From IMG/VR virus record IMGVR_UViG_3300014697_000001, positions 1-64,000 of that record: a stretch of DNA of 64,000 bases; one strand, 5' to 3'. Below are positions 38,901 through 47,178 of this stretch, one piece after another. Both the position numbers and the translations under genes were made by a program. Within the stretch, counting starts at the first letter, position 1. The number at the start of each line of letters is the position of its first letter. The DNA comes from a virus. Lineage: Duplodnaviria; Caudoviricetes. The notes under the pieces are model-generated. The model worked only from the letters and a program-made list of their open reading frames with translations. It ran no database searches and had not been told where the DNA came from.

Positions 38901-41201
38901 ATGCTAATCAATCTGCCACAAATCAAAACCAGCATCACGGTATTGTTGACCAACATCCGTAATGCCATCGACACCAAGCTGGGTAAGACAGAAAACGCTG
39001 TCTCAGCCAGCCGCCTGTTGACACCCCGTAAAATCGCCCTGACCGGTGACGCCACTTGGGACGTAACATTTGATGGCGGTGCTGATGTCACTAATGTCCT
39101 GACACTTACCAAAACAGGCGTCAATGTTGGGAGCTACGGATCTGACCTGGAAACCCCTGTCTTGACCGTGGACAGTAAAGGACGGATCGTCTCCGCAGCA
39201 AGTACAGGTATCCGCCTCGCCAGTCTTACGAAAACCGGAGTGGTGCAATTATCGTCTGCTGTCAATAGTACCAGCGAGACACAGGCCTCCACCCCTAAGG
39301 CTGTTAAGGCCGCCTACGACCTTGCAGCGGCTGCTGTTCCAGCCAGTGAAAAAGGAGTGGCCTCCGGTGTTGCTACCCTGGACAGTAACGGTAAGCTCAC
39401 TGCTGCGCAGATGCCAACGACGGCTGCCAAAGCAACCGATGCCGAGAAACTGGGAGGTAACCTGCCAGCATTCTATCAAGACGCATCCAACCTGCTGGCA
39501 GGGACCTTGCCAACTGACCGCTTAGGTGATTCGGGGGCTGTCCCCGGAGACTACACCAAAGTCACCATCGATGCCAAGGGGCGGGTAGTCTTTGGGAAAA
39601 ATCTGGCCGCTGCAGACATCCCGACACTGGATGTCAGTAAGATCGGCAGTGGGGTGTTTCCAGCCGCTCGCATCCCGACCCTAAACCAGAGCACGACCGG
39701 AAATGCCGCCACAGCAAGTAAGGTGGTCGCCACGGCAAGTGATGATGGGACTGCTGAACTGCTGTTGGGGACCATGGGGGCCAATGACAAGTTTCGCATC
39801 CTCATCGGCGGCGCTAATGATTTAGGGTATGCTGAGATCGCCACGGCCGACAATGGCGGCGAACCGATCTATGTACGTCAGTATTCAGGTGTCTTCACTG
39901 ACCTGCGTCGTGAAGCAGTACTGCTCGATGCCAACGGTAACACTTCATTCCCCGGAAACTTGCGTGTCGAGGGAGGCATGACCTTCGATACGATCAGGCA
40001 TGTCAACTCGTACACCCAGCGCTTTTCACAGTCCTATGTCCCGACCAGTTACATGGTCGATGGTGAATACCAGGAAGTCCTGACTATCACGCCTTCGTCT
40101 TCGTCCCAGAACTACGTCATCAAAGGGCGGGTGGTGACGCAGGTCTCAATGACCATCCAGATCATCGACTTCACCGTCACATTGCGTTCCAACACCTTGC
40201 CTGACCTTGCCTGGGAAGCCAGCTATTCCGAGGAATTATTTGGCGGGATTTCGTTTGTCACCCCAGTCATTTGGGCCAAAGAAACCGACGCCGCCGTCTG
40301 GAAACTGGCCCTCAAGCACAATTCGGGCACTATCCACAACATCACAGTCGATGTTGAAGTGATTAACCGTGGCAATTACGACGATACGCGGATGAACACG
40401 GTGGTGACCTCCGAAACAACCGTGGTACCTACTGGCTACGTTGAGCATTCGATATCCAGGATGGCGACGGTTGTAAACCGGGCGATTAGCTTCGTTAATA
40501 ATGTCACCGCCCCATCCTTTACTGGCAACCTGGCTGGCAATAGCAACACTGCAACTAAGTGGTTAACTCCTCGCAGTATCGACATGACCGGCGATGCGAC
40601 CTGGACAGTGTCGATGGATGGTAGCGCTAACGCTTCAGCTGCGCTGACATTGTCAGACAGCGGTGTGGTCGCTGGCAGTTACAGTAAAGTCAGCGTTGAT
40701 GCAAAAGGCCGTGTATTGGAGGGCCTACCCCTTCTGGCCAGTGACATCCCTAACCTTGCCATCGGTCAGATCGATGGCCTGCAAGCGCAGTTAAACAACC
40801 AGGCTCCTGACAGTATCCTGGTCAGCGATACCCTGATCGCACCCCTGAATGGTGGCGGATACACCTACCGCAACCTTCAGCCTGTCATGATCAACCACGG
40901 CAATCGTTCCGGCGCCCTGCAACTTGACCTCGCGCTGGGCAGTGTCCACCGTGTCAGTGTTGTCGGTACGACCACGTTTACATTCGCCAACTTCTCGCAA
41001 CAGGCAGATGCATTCACCATCTTTGAAGTCATTCTGCAGGGTGCTGGCAATTACAGCATTATGTGGCCGACATCCGTCATCTGGGAAAACAACACCCCGC
41101 CACCGTTGGCCATGGGAACCAAGAAAACCATCTTGAATTTCCAAAGCCCCGACATGGGCGTTACGGTTTACGGTTCAGTCCAGGTAAGTGAGGTGGCGTG
41201 A
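38901..41201 (+). CDS. Long tail fibre protein
   Basis: Fibre repeat GVVQLSSAVNSTSETQASTPKAVKAAYDLA, GVATLDSNGK, repeated YxKVxxDAKGRV; C-terminal domain shared with 44545. Confidence 0.85.
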   Translation: MLINLPQIKTSITVLLTNIRNAIDTKLGKTENAVSASRLLTPRKIALTGDATWDVTFDGGADVTNVLTLTKTGVNVGSYGSDLETPVLTVDSKGRIVSAASTGIRLASLTKTGVVQLSSAVNSTSETQASTPKAVKAAYDLAAAAVPASEKGVASGVATLDSNGKLTAAQMPTTAAKATDAEKLGGNLPAFYQDASNLLAGTLPTDRLGDSGAVPGDYTKVTIDAKGRVVFGKNLAAADIPTLDVSKIGSGVFPAARIPTLNQSTTGNAATASKVVATASDDGTAELLLGTMGANDKFRILIGGANDLGYAEIATADNGGEPIYVRQYSGVFTDLRREAVLLDANGNTSFPGNLRVEGGMTFDTIRHVNSYTQRFSQSYVPTSYMVDGEYQEVLTITPSSSSQNYVIKGRVVTQVSMTIQIIDFTVTLRSNTLPDLAWEASYSEELFGGISFVTPVIWAKETDAAVWKLALKHNSGTIHNITVDVEVINRGNYDDTRMNTVVTSETTVVPTGYVEHSISRMATVVNRAISFVNNVTAPSFTGNLAGNSNTATKWLTPRSIDMTGDATWTVSMDGSANASAALTLSDSGVVAGSYSKVSVDAKGRVLEGLPLLASDIPNLAIGQIDGLQAQLNNQAPDSILVSDTLIAPLNGGGYTYRNLQPVMINHGNRSGALQLDLALGSVHRVSVVGTTTFTFANFSQQADAFTIFEVILQGAGNYSIMWPTSVIWENNTPPPLAMGTKKTILNFQSPDMGVTVYGSVQVSEVA
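38967..39009 (+). repeat. 43-bp direct repeat, copy 2
   Basis: ATCGACACCAAGCTGGGTAAGACAGAAAACGCTGTCTCAGCCA. Confidence 0.9.
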
Positions 41202-42304
41202 TGTTAGTCGGACATGCAGGTGGTCGATCAAAGTGGAATGCCGCCAGTCTCATGGCGGGTACCAAGGTAACCACCCCCGGCGTCTGGTCGACGATTGAAA
41301 TTCCGTTTGGTGACGGTGGCTACGCGTTACTCATCGGTGGAGGGGGAGGCAGTGCCTATAACCCGGGATATAAAGGTCAGTTAGGGGGTGCTGGGGCGGC
41401 CGTAAAGGTCTGGCTCGGACCTGGTCGGTACCGGGTCTGGATCGGACTTGGGGGATTGTCGCTGGGTGCTGCTGCTGGACGGACTGACAATTCTGGATAC
41501 GCCGCTCACGGCGGGAAAGGTGGAAAAGGCGGAACTGAATCAAGCGAAGGGGGATCGGGAGGAACCCCTACCATCCTTGAGAAGCAGGCCAATGACGGCA
41601 GTTGGCAAATGGTCGCCGTCGCAGGGGCTGGGGGTGGCGGAGCCGTCCATGTCAACAGCTCTACATCCAGGGGCGGTGGTGGCGGCACCTGGTCCAAACA
41701 CACGTTAGACAACCAGTTACTGGTGGTCGATGGCGGTCACCAGGGGACGCTGGGTGGGGGCTACGGTGCTATCGCGGATCGCTTGGCAGGGGCTGGGGGA
41801 AGTAGTTTCTATCTAGGCGCAGTGGGGTTCACTGTGCCTGGTCTAGCTGCAGATGTACTTAACCAGTGGTCAGGTGGCCATGGCGCTGACCACCCGAGCG
41901 GATACACCCCAGGCGGTGGTGGCGGTGGGGGTTATGGCGGCGGGGCTGGGGGCGCTCCTGGAGCGACTACCACCACCACTGCCACCCGAGGCGGTTATAT
42001 CCTCGATGTCAACAATGTACGCTGGGGCGGCACCGGCAGTGGTGGTGGCCATTCCAATAGTTGTGGCGGTGGCGGAGGGGGTGGCGGTAGCTTCTATCCG
42101 CTCAATGATTCTCGCTCAGGTGAAGTTGTGGGCAGGGCCCGTGCACTGACGGCATATGGCACGTCTTCAACCACCTACCGTGCAACGATCTCCCCTGTCG
42201 TCAACCTCAACGGCCTCGATCCACTGACTGGCGCCGGCGGTATTCAGAACCAAGCAGGTGCAGCTGGAGGGTTTGTCTTCTGTGGTGTCACGGCTCCGTT
42301 TTGA
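41198..42304 (+). CDS. Glycine-rich adhesin (polyglycine type, reminiscent of T-even gp38)
   Basis: Many GGGGG/GAGGGG runs separated by variable loops; start overlaps the fibre stop (GTGA). Confidence 0.65.
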   Translation: MMLVGHAGGRSKWNAASLMAGTKVTTPGVWSTIEIPFGDGGYALLIGGGGGSAYNPGYKGQLGGAGAAVKVWLGPGRYRVWIGLGGLSLGAAAGRTDNSGYAAHGGKGGKGGTESSEGGSGGTPTILEKQANDGSWQMVAVAGAGGGGAVHVNSSTSRGGGGGTWSKHTLDNQLLVVDGGHQGTLGGGYGAIADRLAGAGGSSFYLGAVGFTVPGLAADVLNQWSGGHGADHPSGYTPGGGGGGGYGGGAGGAPGATTTTTATRGGYILDVNNVRWGGTGSGGGHSNSCGGGGGGGGSFYPLNDSRSGEVVGRARALTAYGTSSTTYRATISPVVNLNGLDPLTGAGGIQNQAGAAGGFVFCGVTAPF

Positions 42305-42334
42305 TCCATCTACTGAACAATCAAGGAACACATC

Positions 42335-42991
42335 GTGAAATATTCCCATGTCGTAAACGACATCCCAATGGAACCAAGCGAACTGCCTAGGTGCTTTGCC
42401 AATGTCAGTGGCTTTCATCATCTTGACGATGTCTCGCTGGCTACATATAACTGGTACCCGGTGAATGACGCACCACCCCCGCTCACTGACGGACAGGTCC
42501 TGCAGCGCGGCGGTTTGTCGTTTGACCGAGAAGCAGGGGTTGTAACCATTGACTACCTCGTAGAAGATCGGCCGGCAGAGTCGATAGAAAACCTAAGGGC
42601 GCGCAAGATCGAGGCAATCAATAGCCTATACAGTGCGGTCATGGCGCCGATTGCTCGTGAGTTTCCTGAAGAAGAGCGCTTCGGCTGGCCGACCCAAGAA
42701 GCTGAGTCCAAGGCCTATCTGAAATGGGTCGTGGAAGGTCAGGTCGGCGAACCGCCTGCAACACCTATGCTCAATGCACTGCTAGAAGGGCGTAACGCAG
42801 ACGGCGGCAATGAGACCCTTGAACACCTGGCGCAGCGGATCGAGACCAATGTGAAAACATTGATTCAAACACAGGTATACACCGGACACCGCCACCGTTT
42901 GGAGCAGTTGGCAAAAAATGCCGCCTCAGTAGAGGAGCTCGATCTGATCGATCCTTCGGTGGTGTTTGTTGTCAGTACGGCAACAGGCTAA
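42335..42991 (+). CDS. Tail fibre assembly chaperone-like protein
   Basis: LRARKIEAIN...EERFGWPTQEAESKAY...TPMLNALLEGR pattern; located after fibre/adhesin genes. Confidence 0.65.
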   Translation: MKYSHVVNDIPMEPSELPRCFANVSGFHHLDDVSLATYNWYPVNDAPPPLTDGQVLQRGGLSFDREAGVVTIDYLVEDRPAESIENLRARKIEAINSLYSAVMAPIAREFPEEERFGWPTQEAESKAYLKWVVEGQVGEPPATPMLNALLEGRNADGGNETLEHLAQRIETNVKTLIQTQVYTGHRHRLEQLAKNAASVEELDLIDPSVVFVVSTATG

Positions 42992-43101
42992 CGATCCAGA
43001 ACGCAGGACAGTTGTCTGTCCTGCGCACGGGTCAACGTTCGGTTTGGCAGGTCCCTAAGAATCTTATGTAGAACCATCCATTTCCCAAAGGGCTCCTGGC
43101 A

Positions 43102-43712
43102 ATGCTCACCAACCTTCTTCAATTCAAAACAGTGCGATGTCGTCTATACCACCAGCGCCTCGGAGATGGTTATTACTGGAACAGCCCTGGGGAAGACGGT
43201 GGTGAACATGTCAAACTTCTTCTACGAGGGCAGCGGAGCGTACCACCCAATCAGCCGACTGCTATTCAAAGCTCATCGCGACCACGGTGTGCGTCAGGCG
43301 CAACATGTGCTAGGAACACTGATCAATAGTCCGAAGAGCGGCATAATCTTCCCTTGGCAAAGCGACATTGATGATCGACTGGTGGGGCACTGGTGATGTT
43401 TCAGACAAAGCACCGATCGTATCTGGCTGGTATTTCATCCGAGCAACTGATCGCACTACAGGTCGGGTTTACTACGGGTATCGTTACGTTATTGCCAATC
43501 GAGATAACCGAGGTATCCGGTTACAATTAGCAAAACTAACAGTCGCCTTACAGCAGCGCATGGGACAGAAAGATCGCACGGTGGACAATACTGTCTATAA
43601 TGCGGTAATCGGGTTTAAGATCAGGCCCAGTCACGCGCGGTCTACTCAAAACAAAGATGATCTGGATAAAGCTTTTACTACGCGCGTTCAATTTGCAAGT
43701 GAGCCAGATTGA
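43102..43712 (+). pseudogene. Decayed fibre/adaptor gene split over three frames
   Basis: Starts MLTNLLQFKT (cf. MLINLPQIKT of 38901); later fragments resemble the adaptor domain. Confidence 0.45.
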
Positions 43713-43772
43713 AGGAGTTCTAACCTCCTTGATTCTAGGTTGATGAATATAATGCTTTAAGAAAGGATTATA

Positions 43773-44459
43773 ATGAATACCCTGATATTAAGTGCCTCCA
43801 TGAGGCGCCTTAAGAATGTTGCCGTACCGAGTCTGCTCGGCAAGCCAATGCTTGCCGGGACGATGGAATTAGGGTATTATGGATCTTTCACCAGCACTGA
43901 GGTGATCACAGGTGCTTCTCTAGCCAGCCTGGCTAGAGTGACTTCAGGTACGTTGATCAACTCGAATACCGTCTGGGATGGATTTGCTATCGGTGGCAAA
44001 CGTCTATTGATAGCACGTCTACCGATCCGTCATACCGTCAGTTGGAACGTGTTGAGTAACGCAAACGTGGTGACCGGCGACAAAGTCGTGCAGATCAAAG
44101 GTCAGGCCATGCGAGTCCGTCTACTGCGCGGCGCCGCTACAAGCCCGACCAACAGTCCGACTGACGTCGACGATCCGACAGCTACTTGGGGTTCTGAATG
44201 GAACCGTCTATTGTACCGTCTAGCTGCCACGCCCTCAAACGGCGTGTCTGGAGAGGGCATTCCCTTCGGTGAATGGGCGAAACTTAGCGATACTGCGTTG
44301 GGCCTTAAAGATTACTGGACGTTCTGTCAAGAGACTCACACTGCATCCGGAAGTCGCGTCATACGAGGTGCTGCTGGAGTGAGGCGTATAAGTCGTATTC
44401 CGCCGACAGCGGCAATATCAAGTACCGTTTGGAAACCAGTGCTTGAATTAGTCGACTAA
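43773..44459 (+). CDS. Putative tip/receptor-binding protein (GSEWNRL...WKPVLE family)
   Basis: Paralogue motifs; SD AAGGA. Confidence 0.7.
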   Translation: MNTLILSASMRRLKNVAVPSLLGKPMLAGTMELGYYGSFTSTEVITGASLASLARVTSGTLINSNTVWDGFAIGGKRLLIARLPIRHTVSWNVLSNANVVTGDKVVQIKGQAMRVRLLRGAATSPTNSPTDVDDPTATWGSEWNRLLYRLAATPSNGVSGEGIPFGEWAKLSDTALGLKDYWTFCQETHTASGSRVIRGAAGVRRISRIPPTAAISSTVWKPVLELVD

Positions 44460-44544
44460 CTAACCGATTCGCTGTTTTAGCCAAATCCTATGACGTACTA
44501 CATCGTCATTGGTATTATCTGTTTATCCGCCCTGAGAGATCGAC

Positions 44545-45057
44545 ATGCAAGAAGCTCAAATACAAGCGCTGTTAGCGTCGCTTAACAACTACACCGGTAA
44601 AGTAAAAACCGCCATCGAAGATGGTGATGCTCACGGCATCGCTGAAACCGAGCGTCTGATCGATGAGCTGAGCACTCAGCTTGCCGCAGACACCAGTGCC
44701 ATGAGTTCTCCTGAGACTGGCGAGCAGCGCGTTGCTGTCACCGAGCGTCTGGTTGACCTGGGTGCTGACTCTGCTCTGGATTGCTGGCTGGGTAACCACT
44801 TCAACAAAACCATCACTGCACCGACTACCTTCTCCCTCCTGCGAGTGCCTGAAGCCGGTCGCGTCTACACCATGGCGCTGTACCTGACCAACGCTGGTGC
44901 ACATGCCATCACCTTCTGGCCGAACGTCTACTGGAACGAAGGTGTCAAGCCTGAGTTCTCAGCAGCTGGTCGTGACGTGGTTGCCATGTCGACCCGCGAT
45001 GGCGGTCTGACCTGGGATGCTTACCTGCTTGGTAAGGCGATGGCTCTGGCTGTCTAA
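44545..45057 (+). CDS. Short fibre-like protein: N-terminal helix plus adaptor domain
   Basis: LDCWLGNHF..TTF..WPNVYW..STRDGGLTW is similar to the C-terminus of 38901. Confidence 0.7.
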   Translation: MQEAQIQALLASLNNYTGKVKTAIEDGDAHGIAETERLIDELSTQLAADTSAMSSPETGEQRVAVTERLVDLGADSALDCWLGNHFNKTITAPTTFSLLRVPEAGRVYTMALYLTNAGAHAITFWPNVYWNEGVKPEFSAAGRDVVAMSTRDGGLTWDAYLLGKAMALAV

Positions 45058-45067
45058 ACCGTAAATA

Positions 45068-45100
45068 GCCGACACGTCCCTTTAATCGGGACGTGTCGGT
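45068..45100 (+). terminator. hairpin
   Basis: GCCGACACGTCCC...GGGACGTGTCGGT. Confidence 0.65.
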
Positions 45101-45129
45101 TTAATCCGTTTCGACGAGGGGTAAGAAAG

Positions 45130-45783
45130 ATGAGAATCATCAGACAAGCCGCAGCAATAAGAAGAGCGTTCAAGCGGGGAGGATGGTTCTACGGTGAGGT
45201 CCCAGTCTCTGAATTAATCACTGGGAATGCTTTAGCTAGTGCCATTGGCCTCACCGCAGGTACAGCACAGCACAGTAATGAACCTTGGTTGCACTTTGAG
45301 TTAGACGGTAAGACACTTTATGTGGCTAAGAAGACCTATCGCTTCTACATCAGCTGGAACCACATTCAAGCCGTGAACGCCGTCTACGGCTCACGCACGA
45401 TTGTGATAAACGGTAAGACCTATAAGGTCCGTTTGTTGAAGGGCTCCGCGACCGACCCGTATGTGGGCGGGAATGGGTATGACCCTGTCGGGGCCTACGG
45501 TTCCGAGTGGAATAGACTTATTTATAGTGTTCACAATGGGGTACATAGTAGAGCCGGTAATGTTACCCCACCGGGGACTTGGCCGTTATATTCTGATACA
45601 GATTTACTAATAGATAATACGGTGGGCGATGGTAGCTTTAGTTGGTGTCAGGAGACAAGTGCGTCAGATTCCACATTGCGGGTGAGGAGAGGTAGTGGTG
45701 GTCTGACCTTCTTGGGTTTAAATCGAGCTTCTGAATTTAGTACATATAGCGGCTGGCGCCCAGTACTGGAACTCGTCGAATAG
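45130..45783 (+). CDS. Putative tip/receptor-binding protein (GSEWNRL...WRPVLE family)
   Basis: FYGEV, GKTYKVRLLKG, GSEWNRL, SWCQET, GWRPVLEL. Confidence 0.7.
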   Translation: MRIIRQAAAIRRAFKRGGWFYGEVPVSELITGNALASAIGLTAGTAQHSNEPWLHFELDGKTLYVAKKTYRFYISWNHIQAVNAVYGSRTIVINGKTYKVRLLKGSATDPYVGGNGYDPVGAYGSEWNRLIYSVHNGVHSRAGNVTPPGTWPLYSDTDLLIDNTVGDGSFSWCQETSASDSTLRVRRGSGGLTFLGLNRASEFSTYSGWRPVLELVE

Positions 45784-45843
45784 TCAACCGAATATAGGAA
45801 TTGCCACGGACTCAATTATCACCATTTGTCTGGCGACCCTCTT

Positions 45844-45875
45844 CAGGAGATCCTTCGGGATCTCCTGTTATGTCG
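45844..45875 (+). terminator. UUCG hairpin + TTATGTCG
   Basis: CAGGAGATCC-TTCG-GGATCTCCTG. Confidence 0.8.
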
Positions 45876-46132
45876 TCTCGTTAATTATTCCTCCTCTATC
45901 CAATTCTCTGAATAAATTCAAAAGACTATAAAGAGCGAAGCTGGAGGAGTGGAACGAGGGAAGCTGAGCACAAGCGGAGGAGCTAAAGGCGACGACATCC
46001 CTAGTGCTTTTTGAGAGGCGAAGCCTCTCTATAGGGTAAAATAATCCTGACCAAACCAATCTTATATCTGACAATTACCAGAGAGGGTCATCCTCTCTTT
46101 TATGCCGTCACTCTAAAATTCGATTCGAAATA

Positions 46133-46155
46133 ATTTCAACAATACATTGTAGTGG
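46133..46155 (+). promoter_or_regulatory. Putative early promoter (TACATTGTAG)
   Basis: Recurrent motif, located after the hairpin at 46081-46107. Confidence 0.6.
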
Positions 46156-46219
46156 TGAGTACGCAGAGTAATCCATCAAGGACTGCTCTACACATACCCC
46201 AATCGTAGGAGATACACCC

Positions 46220-46321
46220 ATGAAAACCTTTTTCGGAATCGTTGTTGGTTACATCGTAGTCGCGGCCATCACTGCACCTGCCCGTCAAAAGAAAATCGCT
46301 GAAGTAATGGAGAGCATCTAA
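46220..46321 (+). CDS. 33-aa membrane peptide (absent from the ORF track)
   Basis: SD AGGAG; MKTFFGIVVGYIVVAAITAPARQKKIAEVMESI*. Confidence 0.7.
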   Translation: MKTFFGIVVGYIVVAAITAPARQKKIAEVMESI

Positions 46322-46444
46322 ATGAAAAACTTTCTGATCGGTACAGTCATCGGTGCAGCCATCGCTTACGCAGGTCATCGCGTTATCATGACTCAGATGA
46401 AAGCGGTAGAGAACCTCGGTAAAGCCGTGAAAGACAGCGAGTAA
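46322..46444 (+). CDS. 40-aa membrane peptide (absent from the ORF track)
   Basis: TAA-ATG coupling, SD GGAG; MKNFLIGTVIGAAIAYAGHRVIMTQMKAVENLGKAVKDSE*. Confidence 0.7.
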   Translation: MKNFLIGTVIGAAIAYAGHRVIMTQMKAVENLGKAVKDSE

Positions 46445-46451
46445 ACATAAG

Positions 46452-46484
46452 GCTAGGTATAGGGTATTCGCCCTATACCTAGCT
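46452..46484 (+). terminator. hairpin closing the two-peptide unit
   Basis: GCTAGGTATAGGG...CCCTATACCTAGC. Confidence 0.75.
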
Positions 46485-46583
46485 AATTTTATGAGTCTTT
46501 CTTTTTTCTTTGTTGGCATACTTGCTGTATAAGTATGACCCAGCCTCACCCGCAGTCTATCTATCTGTAGAAGGAATTTAAAC

Positions 46584-46829
46584 GTGAGCACTATCAGCAA
46601 CGTCATCCAGTCCTTGTCCAACTTTACCTCCAAGGTCAACAGCCTGTTGACAGGTAAGGTCGATAAGGTCAACGGTAAGCAACTGTCCACTGAAGATTAC
46701 ACCACCGAAGACAAGACCAAACTGTCGACTGTCAAATCCATGGCCATGCGCGACCTCCATGTTAGCACTTCCCTGCCAGATAACCTTCAGGGCACCGACG
46801 GTGACATCTGGTTGGTTGTCAAGCCTTGA
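46584..46829 (+). CDS. Mini fibre-like protein
   Basis: GKVDKVNGKQLSTEDYTTEDKTKL fibre motif; GTDGDIW C-terminus. Confidence 0.65.
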   Translation: MSTISNVIQSLSNFTSKVNSLLTGKVDKVNGKQLSTEDYTTEDKTKLSTVKSMAMRDLHVSTSLPDNLQGTDGDIWLVVKP

Positions 46830-46844
46830 TAGAGGGGAGTTGGC

Positions 46845-47063
46845 ATGCTAATCAAAGATGGTGTATGGCCTGGTAGTACACAGGTCTTCGTGAAGCTAGA
46901 CGGGCAGTATAAAGAGGTCGTCAGCGGCTATTCCAAGATTGATGGGGTCTGGGTGCCATGGGACTTTGCTCCCGATGGTGACGTTGAAATAGGGGTTGCA
47001 GTGACAAACAAAACCCTGAACGGACTGACGCTGATCCTTTCGAAAGTATTACCAGAGGCATAA
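46845..47063 (+). CDS. small virion-associated beta-hairpin protein
   Basis: KDGVW, VKLDGQY and KIDGVW repeats; SD GAGGGGAG. Confidence 0.55.
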   Translation: MLIKDGVWPGSTQVFVKLDGQYKEVVSGYSKIDGVWVPWDFAPDGDVEIGVAVTNKTLNGLTLILSKVLPEA

Positions 47064-47178
47064 CGGGAGGGCTTCGGCCCTCCCTTGTTATTTTTAAATA
47101 ATATATGGTTTTTTCGGTGAACCTATACTATGAGGAAGGGTGATTTCCACTCTTTCCCACTGCGTCTGGAGACACAGA

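Noticed and set aside
43773-45875. Complete diversity-generating retroelement
   Set aside because: No reverse transcriptase and no adenine-specific TR/VR pair are visible in the window.
46136-46690. 184-aa minus-strand ORF
   Set aside because: It overlaps better-supported + strand peptides, a terminator and the 46584 gene.
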